Position numbers and translations under genes: made by a program. 64,000 nt of DNA from Candidatus Hydrogenedentota bacterium. Lineage in GTDB: Bacteria > Hydrogenedentota > Hydrogenedentia > Hydrogenedentales > GCA-2746185. The stretch lies in assembly GCA_046583315.1 (NCBI GenBank), contig JAYGCN010000306.1, forward strand, positions 1 to 64,000. The letters run 5' to 3'. Below are positions 19,980 to 30,600 of this stretch, in pieces; within the stretch, counting starts at the first letter, position 1; every line of letters begins with the position of its first letter. The notes beneath the pieces were generated by a model. It searched no databases. It saw only the letters and a program-made list of their open reading frames with translations, and was not told the DNA's origin.

Positions 19980-20780
19980 CTACGGCAGTTCGTGTAACGT
20001 GATCTGGCGAAACAGGATTTCCGCGTACTCGGATTGAATCTGGATGCGCCCTTCGGCAGGTACAAGTTTTGTTCCGCGATTGACCACGACGCCGTTCAGG
20101 ATCACCGTGATTGCGCCATCAACCACGACACATTCCAGCCGATTCCATTCGCCCACGGGATGTTCAACATCTTGTGTGCCACGAAAATCAATCGTGTCCG
20201 ACCACCCTGGGTCACGCCCCCACCAGTTAATCCGCCCACCGTGGATCGTTTGCTCTTTGCCGCCCTTTTCGTAAATATACGAGCTTCCCTGCTGCTCGTC
20301 CGCACACTCCGCCGTAAGAGACAAGGCATCGGAACCATCGCCCACGACAATAAAGTCACCCGTGCCACCTTCAATGATCTGGCACTCGATGGAATGCATC
20401 CAAGTACCGTTGTAGGCACCGTCTGGACCCGCCGAATTCACGAGAATCCCGCTGTCCCGCGTCTTGTCTTTACGCGGCGCATGCGTCCCACCACCCCATT
20501 TGAATTCCGTGACCAGTAAGTAATTCTTGTACGATTTGTGCGTAGTGATACACCCCAGCTCTTCGCCGGAAATGACCAGCAAGCCATCCTTGATCGTAAA
20601 AACATTCTTCGGATCGCTGTCGCGCCCTCTGTCTTTAATGAAGGTGTAAAAATGATCGAGCGAAGTGCCGTCAAACAAACGCACCGTATCCAGCGCAGTC
20701 TTTTCCTCAGACCACGCCGCGTTCTGGAACGGTATCAAACACGCTAGAACGACAAATAAGCCAGTTAGTGTGTATCGCAC
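19980..20780 (-). CDS. DUF1080 (3-keto-glycoside hydratase-like) protein, secreted
   Basis: LFDGTSL, EFKWG, RDSGI, IECQI, GEWN, QIQSEYAEILFR. Confidence 0.85.
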   Translation of the reverse strand: MRYTLTGLFVVLACLIPFQNAAWSEEKTALDTVRLFDGTSLDHFYTFIKDRGRDSDPKNVFTIKDGLLVISGEELGCITTHKSYKNYLLVTEFKWGGGTHAPRKDKTRDSGILVNSAGPDGAYNGTWMHSIECQIIEGGTGDFIVVGDGSDALSLTAECADEQQGSSYIYEKGGKEQTIHGGRINWWGRDPGWSDTIDFRGTQDVEHPVGEWNRLECVVVDGAITVILNGVVVNRGTKLVPAEGRIQIQSEYAEILFRQITLHELP

Positions 20781-20792
20781 AAATTCTTCTCC

Positions 20793-21821
20793 CTAATTCA
20801 ACGGTAACGAAACCGGTTTTCCGTCACGTCCCGACTGATCCGCTGCCAACACAATCTCGTGTGTGACATACGCGTCCGCAATATTCACATGCGACTCTGT
20901 ATCATTCTGAATACACTCCACCAAATGATCCACTTCATGTTGGAAAGGATGCTCCGATACGTCCCCACTGTCCGGCAATATCGTCGGAATATCCACCCAA
21001 CTCGTCTGGCCCGGAAAACTCTTCGGCGAAAACAGTTTATTGTTCCGCATAGAACCCTCCGTACCCACCAAATTGATATTGAACACGTAGGGCTGAATGC
21101 ATTCGATGCACGAAGTCACTTTACCAATCCGCCCATCATCAAATTTCAAAATCGTCACCGTCGTCGGCTCGTATTCATACGCCTTATAATCGTCGCCGTC
21201 ACCGCGCGTGCTGTATTGCATCACTTCAACCACATTCCCGCCCATAAACCAGCGTAATCCATCCATCGCGTGACATCCCGCCGACAACAGCGAACTGCCG
21301 CCCATCTCTTTTTTGATATTCCACGCATACTGTCCATACTGCGGCCCGATGCCGTGATAATAATCCACTTCCCCATAAAACACCCGCCCCAGCGTACCGT
21401 CCGCGAGCTGCTGTTTAACAATTTCAAACAACGGGTTCCAACGCAACACGAAACTCACGACCGACTTCACGCCCGCCTCAGCCACCGCATCCCGAATCGC
21501 GCGAATATCCTCCAGCGTATTTGCCATCGCCTTTTCAAGCAGAATATGTTTGCCTGCCTTGGCCGCCGCCACCGCCTGTTCAGCATGCAGATTCGGTGGC
21601 GTAGCAATCGAAACGATGTCCAGACCCGGATGCGCCAGCATCGCGTCATAATCCGTATAAATTTTGCACTCCAAGCCGCACTCCGTCGCTTTGGCCTTCG
21701 CTTTCTCTTCACTACGCCCACACAGCGCAACCACTTTCGTGTTCGGATTCGTCTCGAAAGCACTAATGTGCTCGCCCGACACCCAACCCGTCCCAACGAT
21801 GCCTACCAACAATTCACTCAT
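20793..21821 (-). CDS. Gfo/Idh/MocA family oxidoreductase, cytoplasmic
   Basis: VGIVGTGW, GKHILLEK, GSSLLSAGCH. Start set at ATG 21821. Confidence 0.85.
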   Translation of the reverse strand: MSELLVGIVGTGWVSGEHISAFETNPNTKVVALCGRSEEKAKAKATECGLECKIYTDYDAMLAHPGLDIVSIATPPNLHAEQAVAAAKAGKHILLEKAMANTLEDIRAIRDAVAEAGVKSVVSFVLRWNPLFEIVKQQLADGTLGRVFYGEVDYYHGIGPQYGQYAWNIKKEMGGSSLLSAGCHAMDGLRWFMGGNVVEVMQYSTRGDGDDYKAYEYEPTTVTILKFDDGRIGKVTSCIECIQPYVFNINLVGTEGSMRNNKLFSPKSFPGQTSWVDIPTILPDSGDVSEHPFQHEVDHLVECIQNDTESHVNIADAYVTHEIVLAADQSGRDGKPVSLPLN

Positions 21822-21945
21822 GTCTGACCCTTTCACAATTCAACGCCTCTTTCACCCCAGCCTAACAAAACCCAAGGCAAAGATGCACTTGATTAAACGT
21901 CGCATGGAAAATATACTCCATTCTTTGCAACCACACGGAGACTCC

Positions 21946-22716
21946 ATGAAAACTGCCCTCGCCATAGCCGCGCACCCCGATGACATCGAACTGATGATGG
22001 CGGGCACCCTGCTGTTGCTCGGTCAGGCGGGTTACGAACTCCACATCATGAACATCGCCAACGGGTCGTGCGGGTCACTCACCGAAGACGCCGAAACCAT
22101 TGCCGCACGTCGTTGGGAAGAAGCGCAGCAGGCCGCAAAAACACTCGGCGCAACCATTCATCCCCCCATCGCCAACGACATCGAAGTTTTCTACAACGAT
22201 ACACTCCTGCGAAAAGTCACCGCAGTCGTGCGCGAGGTCGCCCCAACCATCCTGTTGACCCAATCGCCGCAGGATTACATGGAAGATCACACGATCACCA
22301 CGCGCCTCGCCATAACCGCCGCCTTCACACGAGGCATGCCCAATTATTCCACCGAACCACCCATCGAACCCGTCACCGACGACATCACCGTGTACCATGC
22401 GCTACCCTGGGGATTAAAAGGTCCGCTCGGCGAAACGATTCGTGCCAGCCAATACGTCAATATCAAATCAACGCTCGCCCAGAAACGCGACGCGCTCGCC
22501 TGTCACATAAGCCAAAAAGAATGGCTCGACAAAACCCAGGGCCTCGACAGTTATCTCACCACCATGGAAGAAATGTCCCGCGAAGTAGGCCGCGCCTCCA
22601 AAAGATTCGAGTTCGCCGAAGGCTGGCGAAAACACCTTCACCTCGGATTCTGCTCCAAGAACGCCGATCCCCTGTCAGACGCGCTCGACAATCAGGTTTA
22701 TTCGCCCGGATCGTGA
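21946..22716 (+). CDS. PIG-L/LmbE family deacetylase
   Basis: AHPDDIE, ARRWEEA, DYMEDH, CHISQ. Start ATG 21946 after GGAG. Confidence 0.85.
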   Translation: MKTALAIAAHPDDIELMMAGTLLLLGQAGYELHIMNIANGSCGSLTEDAETIAARRWEEAQQAAKTLGATIHPPIANDIEVFYNDTLLRKVTAVVREVAPTILLTQSPQDYMEDHTITTRLAITAAFTRGMPNYSTEPPIEPVTDDITVYHALPWGLKGPLGETIRASQYVNIKSTLAQKRDALACHISQKEWLDKTQGLDSYLTTMEEMSREVGRASKRFEFAEGWRKHLHLGFCSKNADPLSDALDNQVYSPGS

Positions 22717-23687
22717 ACCGTATACATCGTGATCATGCCCGCCGTGATGTGATCCGTCACATGACAATGATAGAGCCACTTCCCCGGATTCAACGCGACC
22801 ATATCCGCACTCGTCATCGTCCCCGCAAGTAGATCAACGGAATCTCTGCGATGCCCCTCATGCACCACCGTACCGCCATGCCAATGCGGCGTATGCAGAT
22901 CGACCTCCGTACCCATGCCCAGCAAATGCCAACGCACCCGGTCGCCCTTGTTCATATCCAGGCCCCGCAAATTGCCGAAAATGTACCCGTTCACGGCATG
23001 CATCAGGTCGCCCTCTTCCTCATCGCCGTCTTCGTTTTCATTAAAAATCATGAAAAGATTCACAAACTCCCGATCCACATCGTTCGGCGTTCCATCCGCA
23101 TTGGCGTGTTCCGCATCCGTCACGATCAAGGCCCCCAAAAGACCTTGATAAATTTCCTTCACTGAATCAACATGTCCATGATAAAACCAGACCACCGAAC
23201 TTAAATCGTGCTCAGCCGGACCTGCCTCTTCAGTAACGTCCCAGGTGTAAACAAAATCCTCACCCGGCGGAACCGCACCACCCGGCGTATTCATCCCACC
23301 ATAATTTGCGCCCTCATTTTCTTTCGTATAAAACACGCCGTGCGGATGAATGCTGTGAGGCTCGGTTCCTCTGTTCTTGAAATGAACCTTCAACGTATCC
23401 CCGACGACCCCGCGAATGATCGGTCCCAGAATGCCCAAATGCCGATCCTGTTCCTTCTTCTTCGTAAACGTCGCGTCGGCATACTCGATATAGCGCACCT
23501 TGTCATAAACAAGCTGATCGCCCCAATCGCCCAAACCCATTTTCGGCGCAATGAGATTCTCGCCCGTCGGCGCATAATCCCACTTCACATTCTCGGCCGC
23601 AATAAAATACTCACGTACCTGAGGCTGATAATCCGCCGCAAACGTACTGCCACAAAACAATATTCCAACCACAAACCACTTGCTCAT
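22698..23687 (-). CDS. Two-domain multicopper oxidase with ceruloplasmin/hephaestin-like domain 1
   Basis: HSIHPHG, WFYHGH, HTPHWHG, WLYHCHVTDHITAGM; N-terminal YFIAAENVKWDYAP and LGILGPIIRG; signal peptide. Confidence 0.85.
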   Translation of the reverse strand: MSKWFVVGILFCGSTFAADYQPQVREYFIAAENVKWDYAPTGENLIAPKMGLGDWGDQLVYDKVRYIEYADATFTKKKEQDRHLGILGPIIRGVVGDTLKVHFKNRGTEPHSIHPHGVFYTKENEGANYGGMNTPGGAVPPGEDFVYTWDVTEEAGPAEHDLSSVVWFYHGHVDSVKEIYQGLLGALIVTDAEHANADGTPNDVDREFVNLFMIFNENEDGDEEEGDLMHAVNGYIFGNLRGLDMNKGDRVRWHLLGMGTEVDLHTPHWHGGTVVHEGHRRDSVDLLAGTMTSADMVALNPGKWLYHCHVTDHITAGMITMYTVHDPGE

Positions 23688-23704
23688 CAAGATTTCCTTA
23701 ATAC

Positions 23705-24985
23705 TTACTCTAAACCCAACAGTTTAATAAGATTCTTGCCAATATCCGTATTGTTCAACGTGCCCGCAAAATGCTCCGAACCCGGTCCCGCCGAATAACA
23801 GGCCACATCCACACCCGTGTGCGTCGACGACGAAGCAGCCACCAATGACGGCTGGCGATACGTCGAATCGTCGTGCGCTTTGTTTTCTTCAGGCTTACGA
23901 TTGGCCCCCGGACCCGTAGCAAAGGTCACAATATGATCCCCGCCGATACCTGCCGGCTCCGAAAACATCGCATCCCCACCAATCTCAATCGATGGATAAC
24001 CGTTGATAGCAAATCCGCCCGTTTCATGATCCGCCGTAACAACAATCAGCGTTCCCTCAGCGTCATTCGTCAATTCAAGGCCCGCCTTAATCGACCGATC
24101 AAACTCCAAGGTCTCATTCACCGCATGCTTCGCCAGATTCGCATGAGACGCATGGTCAATTCGTCCACCCTCCACCAACAAAAAATAGCCCTTCGGATTC
24201 TTGCTCAAGATAGAAATCGCCAGCCTCGTCATTTCTTCCAGCGACGGCTCGCCCCACAAATCCTTCGGACGATCCAATTCGTATGCCATCATGCCCGGAC
24301 TAAACAGTCCCAAAATCTTCCCGACATCCTTGCCCGCTTCAACATCCGCCACAACACTTTCCATCTCCGATGTACGCGCAATGTATCGATATCCCTTTGC
24401 CTTGGCCTCCGCAATCAAATCCCGATCATCCTTGCGAGCCGCACCCGATCCCGATTCCGGATCCTTCGATCCTTTCGGCATGAAAAAACGTTTTCCACCC
24501 CCAAGCACCACATCCACTTCGCCATACTCAATCAATTGCAATGCCAGCGGTACCTCGTTATAACGATTCGCCGCGTGCGCGTAGAATGTAGCCGGTGTCG
24601 CATGCGTCACACTCGTCGTGGTCACAATACCCACCGATTTTCCCGCCCTCTTCGCTTTCACCAACACAGATTCAAGCAACGTACCATCCGGGGTCTGCCC
24701 GATCATCAATGTGTCCGTCTTGTGACCCGAAGCCATCGCCGTGCCCGAGGCCGCCGAATCCGTCACCATCGTGCTCGCCGAATACGTCCGCACCAACGCC
24801 ACCTGCTTAAACGTGTCCAGCGTCAGCTTCCCGTCCCGCGCATTTTTCTGATAAATCCGCGCCGCAGTCGTTTGCGCCACGCCCATACCATCGCCAATGA
24901 ACAATATCGCGCTTTTAGGCTCAGCCGCATGCGTCATCCCAGCCATAACCACAAGCAAGCACGTCAAAATTATTCGATGGAACAT
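23705..24985 (-). CDS. phoA: Alkaline phosphatase (PhoA family)
   Basis: FIGDGMG, TDSAAS, THATPA, EGGRIDHASH, TADHETGG, HTGVDV; signal peptide. Start ATG 24985 with AGGAG. Confidence 0.9.
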   Translation of the reverse strand: MFHRIILTCLLVVMAGMTHAAEPKSAILFIGDGMGVAQTTAARIYQKNARDGKLTLDTFKQVALVRTYSASTMVTDSAASGTAMASGHKTDTLMIGQTPDGTLLESVLVKAKRAGKSVGIVTTTSVTHATPATFYAHAANRYNEVPLALQLIEYGEVDVVLGGGKRFFMPKGSKDPESGSGAARKDDRDLIAEAKAKGYRYIARTSEMESVVADVEAGKDVGKILGLFSPGMMAYELDRPKDLWGEPSLEEMTRLAISILSKNPKGYFLLVEGGRIDHASHANLAKHAVNETLEFDRSIKAGLELTNDAEGTLIVVTADHETGGFAINGYPSIEIGGDAMFSEPAGIGGDHIVTFATGPGANRKPEENKAHDDSTYRQPSLVAASSSTHTGVDVACYSAGPGSEHFAGTLNNTDIGKNLIKLLGLE

Positions 24986-25128
24986 GGATTCTTCTCCTAA
25001 GGTAAAATTCAAACGGGAAGTATGGCGGGAAAGCAGGGCTTGGGTCAATCTTTAAGCCCATTGATCTGCCCCCCACCTACGATCTACGCTTAATTCCACA
25101 TCAATACTTCTGGAACCGACCCGCGTCT

Positions 25129-25551
25129 ATGCCAAACGAATCAAACCCTTCACAAACCCATCCCGTCGTACTCTTCGACGGCGAATGCATGCTCTGCGAT
25201 GCCGTCGTGCGTTTCATCCTGAAACACGAGAAAGACCACCAGATAAAATTCGCTCCCTTACAATCCGAAATCGCACAACACCTGCTCCCGCAATCCGAAA
25301 CCGAAGTTCCCGATTCCGTCGTCTATATCGCAAACGGACAGCCCCTCTTCCGCAGCGACGCCGCCATCGCCATCGTAAAACACCTTCGCGCACCCTGGTC
25401 CTGGACACGATTCGCCACCATCATTCCGCGCCCCCTCCGCGATCTGGCCTACCGCCTCATCGCCACCACCCGATACACGGTTTTCGGCCGCAAAGAATCC
25501 TGTACAATCCCAACAGCACTTGAGCTTGACCGTCAATTAACCAAGGAGTAA
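25129..25551 (+). CDS. DCC1-like thiol-disulfide oxidoreductase (DUF393)
   Basis: VLFDGECMLC, FAPLQS, IPRPLRDLAYRLIA. Confidence 0.88.
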   Translation: MPNESNPSQTHPVVLFDGECMLCDAVVRFILKHEKDHQIKFAPLQSEIAQHLLPQSETEVPDSVVYIANGQPLFRSDAAIAIVKHLRAPWSWTRFATIIPRPLRDLAYRLIATTRYTVFGRKESCTIPTALELDRQLTKE

Positions 25552-25554
25552 TCC

Positions 25555-27606
25555 GTGAATCCCCCGCAACTCGATCGTCGAACCATGCTGAAACTCGGAG
25601 GCACCGGACTGCTTTCCCTCGCGCTTCCCGGCATTTCACCCGTCTTCGCTGCGGAAGACGACCTCGACCTCGTCGCCGCAACCCGTCGCAGTGTAAACCG
25701 TTTTCCGCGCATGGTGCAGGAGTATTACGTCAAACGACTGCGCGCCATCGAAAAAGCGGCAAACGCTCGCCGTATGGTCCTCGATACCCGCGAAGAAGCC
25801 CTCGCCTACATCGACGATGTCCGCAGCAAGATTCAACAATGTCTCGGACCATGGCCCGAAACAACACCCTTGAACGCACGCATCACCAGCAGCTTCAAAC
25901 GAGATACATACATCGTCGAAAACATCATCTTCGAAAGTCGACCCGGTTTTCTCGTAACCGCGAACCTTTACATCCCTACAAACAAGCCTCACCCCCTGCC
26001 CGGAGTCATCGGCACCTGCGGCCACACCAAAAACGGCAAGGCGGGTTATCAGGAATTCGCGCAGGGACTCGCACGACAAGGTTACGTCGTACTCATCTAC
26101 GATCCTATCGGACAAGGCGAACGCCTGCAATACGGCGACGGCAACGGCGGTTCCAAAATCGGCGTCGGCGTACGCGAACACCTCCACGCCGGCAACCAGC
26201 AATTCCTCGTCGGTGAAAACATCGCCTCCTGGCGGGCATGGGACGGCATCCGCGCGCTCGACTACCTGCTCACCCGTCCCGAAGTCGACCCCAACCACAT
26301 AGGCGTCACCGGCAACTCCGGCGGCGGCACAATGACCACCTGGTTATGCGGCGCCGATCAACGTTGGACCATGGCCGCGCCCAGCTGCTTCGTCACTACC
26401 TTCCGTCGCAATCTCGAAAACGAAGAGCCGCAAGACACCGAACAATGCCCACCCAAAGCACTCGCCCTTGGACTCGACCACGCGGACTTCCTGCTCGCCA
26501 ACGCGCCCGACCCCATCATCATTCTCGCCAAAGAAAAAGACTTCTTCGATGTCCGTGGCTCCGAAGAAACCTTCGCACAAATGCAACACATCTATTCCCT
26601 GCTCGGTAATCGCGACCAAATCGGATTCTTCGCAGGCAAAGGCCCCCACGGCTACACGCAAGACAACCGCGAAGCCATGTACCGCTGGTTCAACGCCATC
26701 ACCAAAATTTCCGATGCGCAATCCGAGCCAACCATAACCATCGAAGACGACAAGACGCTACGATGCACACCCAAGGGCCAAGTCGCCGAACTCACCTCAA
26801 AAACCGTCTTCGATTTCACTTCCGAAAAATCAAAACGTCTCGCAAAGTCTCGAAAACGAATCGCCAATAACTCAGAACTGAAAGAAGTTGTCGCACAATC
26901 ACTCCGTCTCGACAACCTTCCTACCTCCGCACCCGACTATCGCATCCTGAAACCCGTCGACGGCGGCGCCTACCCAAAACCTCGCCACACCCGATACGCC
27001 ATCGAAACCGAACCCGGCATCCAGGCCATCGCATACCGACTCTCCGACGAGAATCTGCCCGCACGACCCACCCACTCCAACGCCGAAGCAATCCTCTACG
27101 TTTCCCACGTCTCCACCGACTACGAACTCAAAAAAGAGCCCTTAACCAAGGAACTCGTCACCCAAAACCCCGAATCAATCTTCTACGGGCTCGACGTACG
27201 CGGCATCGGCGAATCACGACCCGACGTCGCGCGGTCCAATTCATTCCTCGATGCCTACGGCGGCGATTACATGCATGCCAGTCACGGTATCATGCTCGAC
27301 GAACCCTATGTCGGCCGAAAAACCTTCGATGTGCTGCGCTCGATCCAATGGCTCGTCTCCCGAGGCCACACCCGCATTCACCTCGTCGGCCGAGGCTGGG
27401 CTACCATCCCCGCAACCTTCGCCGCACTGATCTCCGACAACGTGCATCGCGTCACACTCAAAGCCGCGCCCGAATCCTACGCCTCCATCGCCGAAACCGA
27501 ACTATACAACTGGCCCCTGTCCTATATCGTGCCAAATGTGCTTGAACACTTCGACCTTCCAGACTGCTATGCCCACCTGAAATCCAGGAATCTCACGCTA
27601 CTCTGA
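25555..27606 (+). CDS. Tat-exported alpha/beta hydrolase (acetylxylan esterase-like, two hydrolase-fold halves)
   Basis: DRRTMLK leader, FESRPG, GQGER, GNSGGG nucleophile; second half lacks the Ser motif (GRGWA). Confidence 0.8.
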   Translation: MNPPQLDRRTMLKLGGTGLLSLALPGISPVFAAEDDLDLVAATRRSVNRFPRMVQEYYVKRLRAIEKAANARRMVLDTREEALAYIDDVRSKIQQCLGPWPETTPLNARITSSFKRDTYIVENIIFESRPGFLVTANLYIPTNKPHPLPGVIGTCGHTKNGKAGYQEFAQGLARQGYVVLIYDPIGQGERLQYGDGNGGSKIGVGVREHLHAGNQQFLVGENIASWRAWDGIRALDYLLTRPEVDPNHIGVTGNSGGGTMTTWLCGADQRWTMAAPSCFVTTFRRNLENEEPQDTEQCPPKALALGLDHADFLLANAPDPIIILAKEKDFFDVRGSEETFAQMQHIYSLLGNRDQIGFFAGKGPHGYTQDNREAMYRWFNAITKISDAQSEPTITIEDDKTLRCTPKGQVAELTSKTVFDFTSEKSKRLAKSRKRIANNSELKEVVAQSLRLDNLPTSAPDYRILKPVDGGAYPKPRHTRYAIETEPGIQAIAYRLSDENLPARPTHSNAEAILYVSHVSTDYELKKEPLTKELVTQNPESIFYGLDVRGIGESRPDVARSNSFLDAYGGDYMHASHGIMLDEPYVGRKTFDVLRSIQWLVSRGHTRIHLVGRGWATIPATFAALISDNVHRVTLKAAPESYASIAETELYNWPLSYIVPNVLEHFDLPDCYAHLKSRNLTLL

Positions 27607-27612
27607 GCAACC

Positions 27613-27640
27613 TTGCCTGACACAGCAAAATCCGTATAAT
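27613..27640 (+). promoter_or_regulatory. Putative promoter TTGCCT-N16-TATAAT for first PSD1-DUF1501 module
   Basis: Consensus -10 at 27635-27640; implies the start is ATG 27675. Confidence 0.45.
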
Positions 27641-27674
27641 GGAAGACCGTACTGCACTCGCCAAAGGAATCGAA

Positions 27675-30600
27675 ATGACCGTTATTCGCATAGGTCTGCT
27701 TTCTTCTCTGTTCGTCATGCCCTGGTTCGCTTCCGCCCAGGATATGCCAAATTTCACTAACGACATCTGGCCCATCCTCACCCAGCACTGCATAAAATGC
27801 CACGGCGAACGAAATCAGGAAGGCGACCTCAGACTCGATTCCCCCCAAGCCATTCGTGAAGGCGGCGAATACGGCGCCATCGTCGAAGCAGGCGATCCCG
27901 GCGACAGCACCTTATTCGAACTCGTCACCAGCACCGACGACGAACGCATGCCCTCAAAAGGCGACCCATTAGCCCCTGAATCCATCGAAATATTGCGTCA
28001 ATGGATCGAATCCGGGGCCAATTTCGACGGATGGCAACCCGAGTTCACCGCCATCGCCAACGCCAGCATCCTACAAGACCACTGGGCCTTTACCGCACCA
28101 AAACGACCCGCCCTGCCAGCATCCGTCACCAACCCGATCGATCACTTCGTCACTATCAAAGCCGAATACAACGGACTAAAACTTTCGAAGCAAGCAGACA
28201 AGCTCACCCTCATACGCAGACTCGCGCTCGACCTTACCGGCTTGCCCCCAACTCCTGAAGAAGTCGACCGAATTCTCGCGCTACCCGAAAACTCATGGTA
28301 CTCCACCTATGTCGACGAACTGCTCGCATCCCCGCACTACGGCGAACGATGGGCACGCCACTGGCTCGACGCGGCCCAATACGCCGACTCGGACGGCTTC
28401 GAAAAAGACAAACCCCGCGCCGTATCCGCCTGGCGCGACTGGGTCATCAACGCCTTCAACAACGACATGCCCTACAACCAATTCATCGTCGAGCAAATCG
28501 CGGGCGATCTGCTGCCCAACGCCACCCAGGACAATCGCGTCGCCACCGGCTTCCTGCGCAACAGCATGATCAACGAAGAAGGCGGCATTCACCCCGAACA
28601 ATTCCGCATGGAAGCCATGTTCAACCGTATGGACCTCATCGGTCGCGCCATGCTCGGACTCACCGTCGGCTGCGCACAATGCCACGACCACAAATACGAC
28701 CCCCTGAGCCATACCGACTACTACCGCATGATGGCCTTCATCAACAACAGCCACGAAGCCCAAATCACCGTCTATACATCCGAAGAATCCAACACACGGG
28801 ACGACGTACTGGCCGCAATTCATTCGCTCGAAGAAAGCGTCGGCACCAAATCCCGCCGTGTTCGAAAAAGGCGCAGGGCCTGGGAAAAATCACTCCTCAC
28901 CCAGCCCAGACCCGAGTGGGAAATCCTCGATCTAACCTTCGACGATTCCTCGGCAGGAGGACAACGCAGTCTGCCCCAAGAGGATGGCTCCTATCTCGCA
29001 CAAGGCTACGCCCCCACCCGTTTCGATCCCAAAATGCTCGCCGTCCCCAAGATCCGCCGCATCACCGCCGTGCGTCTCGAATTGCTCCCCGATCACAACC
29101 TCCCCCGAGGCGGTCCCGGTCGTTCCATCTACGGCACCGCCGCGCTCGCCGAAATCGAATTACGCCACGCCCCCATCGAACGGGAAATTCGTGAATGGGG
29201 TTCGTGGGACAAGACCATTTTCGAATCCGCCATCGCCAACGTGAATCCAGAGGAGAAAAAACTCGGGCCCGAATGGCCCAACAAAGGCGAGGATAAAAGA
29301 GTCACTGGCCCCATTTCCATGGCCATCGATCGCAAAGGCGACACCGCTTGGACCACCGACAACGGTGCCGGCAGACGCAATCAGGCCCGGGACGCCATCT
29401 TCACCCTGAAACACCCGCTCGAGCTCGCCGATGGGGAACGGATCGCCATCAACCTCTCCCAAAAGCACGGCGGCTGGAACAGCGACGACAATCAAAATTA
29501 CAACATCGGCAGATTTCGACTCTCTGTCACAAGTGCCGACGAGCTACCTTCGGAAATCACGCCCGACACACTAGTGGAAGCCTTATCCACTCCAGAAAAA
29601 GACCGCAGCGACGAACAAAACGCCCTCATTCATCGACACTGGCTCACGGCAACACCCCAACAGAACGAACTCAACATCAAGCTCGATGAAACCTGGGCCA
29701 GACATCCCCTCGGCGCAACACAACTCGTCATGATGGAACAAGACAAGCCCCGCGTCACCCATCGCCTCGATCGCGGAGACTACCTCAGCCCCGAAGAAGT
29801 CGTCAATCCCGGCACGCCCGAATTCCTCCACGCACTCGACGCTTCCGCGCCCACCAACCGCCTCACCTTCGCACAATGGCTCGCCTCCCCCGACTCCCCA
29901 ACCACCGCACGCACCATCGTCAATCGCGTCTGGCAACAATACTTCGGCACAGGCATCGTCGCCACCCCATCCGACTTCGGCATCCAGGGCGAACGCCCCA
30001 CCCACCCGGAACTACTCGACTGGTTAGCCATCGAATTCATGGAAAACGACTGGAGCCTAAAGCAATTACACAAACGCATCACCGAATCCCGGACCTATCA
30101 ACAATCTTCTCAACTAACGCCCGAAGCACTCGAACGCGACCCAGGCAACCGATACCTCGCCCGCGCCACACGAATCCGCGTCGAAGGCGAAGTCGTTCGC
30201 GATATCGCACTCGCCTCCAGCGGCCTTCTCAATCCCAAAATCGGCGGACCCAGCGTACACCCACCCGCTCCCGATTACTTGTTCGTACCCCCCGCAAGTT
30301 ACGGCCCCAAAGTTTGGAAGGCCTCCGACGACACCGAAAAATATCGGCGCGCCCTCTATACCTTCCGATTCCGCAGCGTACCCTATCCCGTGTTGCAGAT
30401 ATTCGACACCCCCGCAGGCAACGCGCCATGTACCCTACGCGATCGAAGCAATACGCCGCTCCAGGCACTCGCCACATTGAATGAACCACTCTTCAACGAA
30501 TGCGCTGCAGCACTCGGCGTCAGGGCCATCATGCACGGCGGCAACACGGATGCGTCGCGAATCGATTACGCGTTCAGCAGTGCCGTAACCCGTTCACCGA

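Noticed and set aside
27639..27674. ORF-track start at 27639 (likewise 2359, 3416, 7332, 7385, 21664, 25048)
   Set aside because: Downstream ATGs have RBS motifs or give proper N-termini; the extensions overlap promoters or neighbouring genes.
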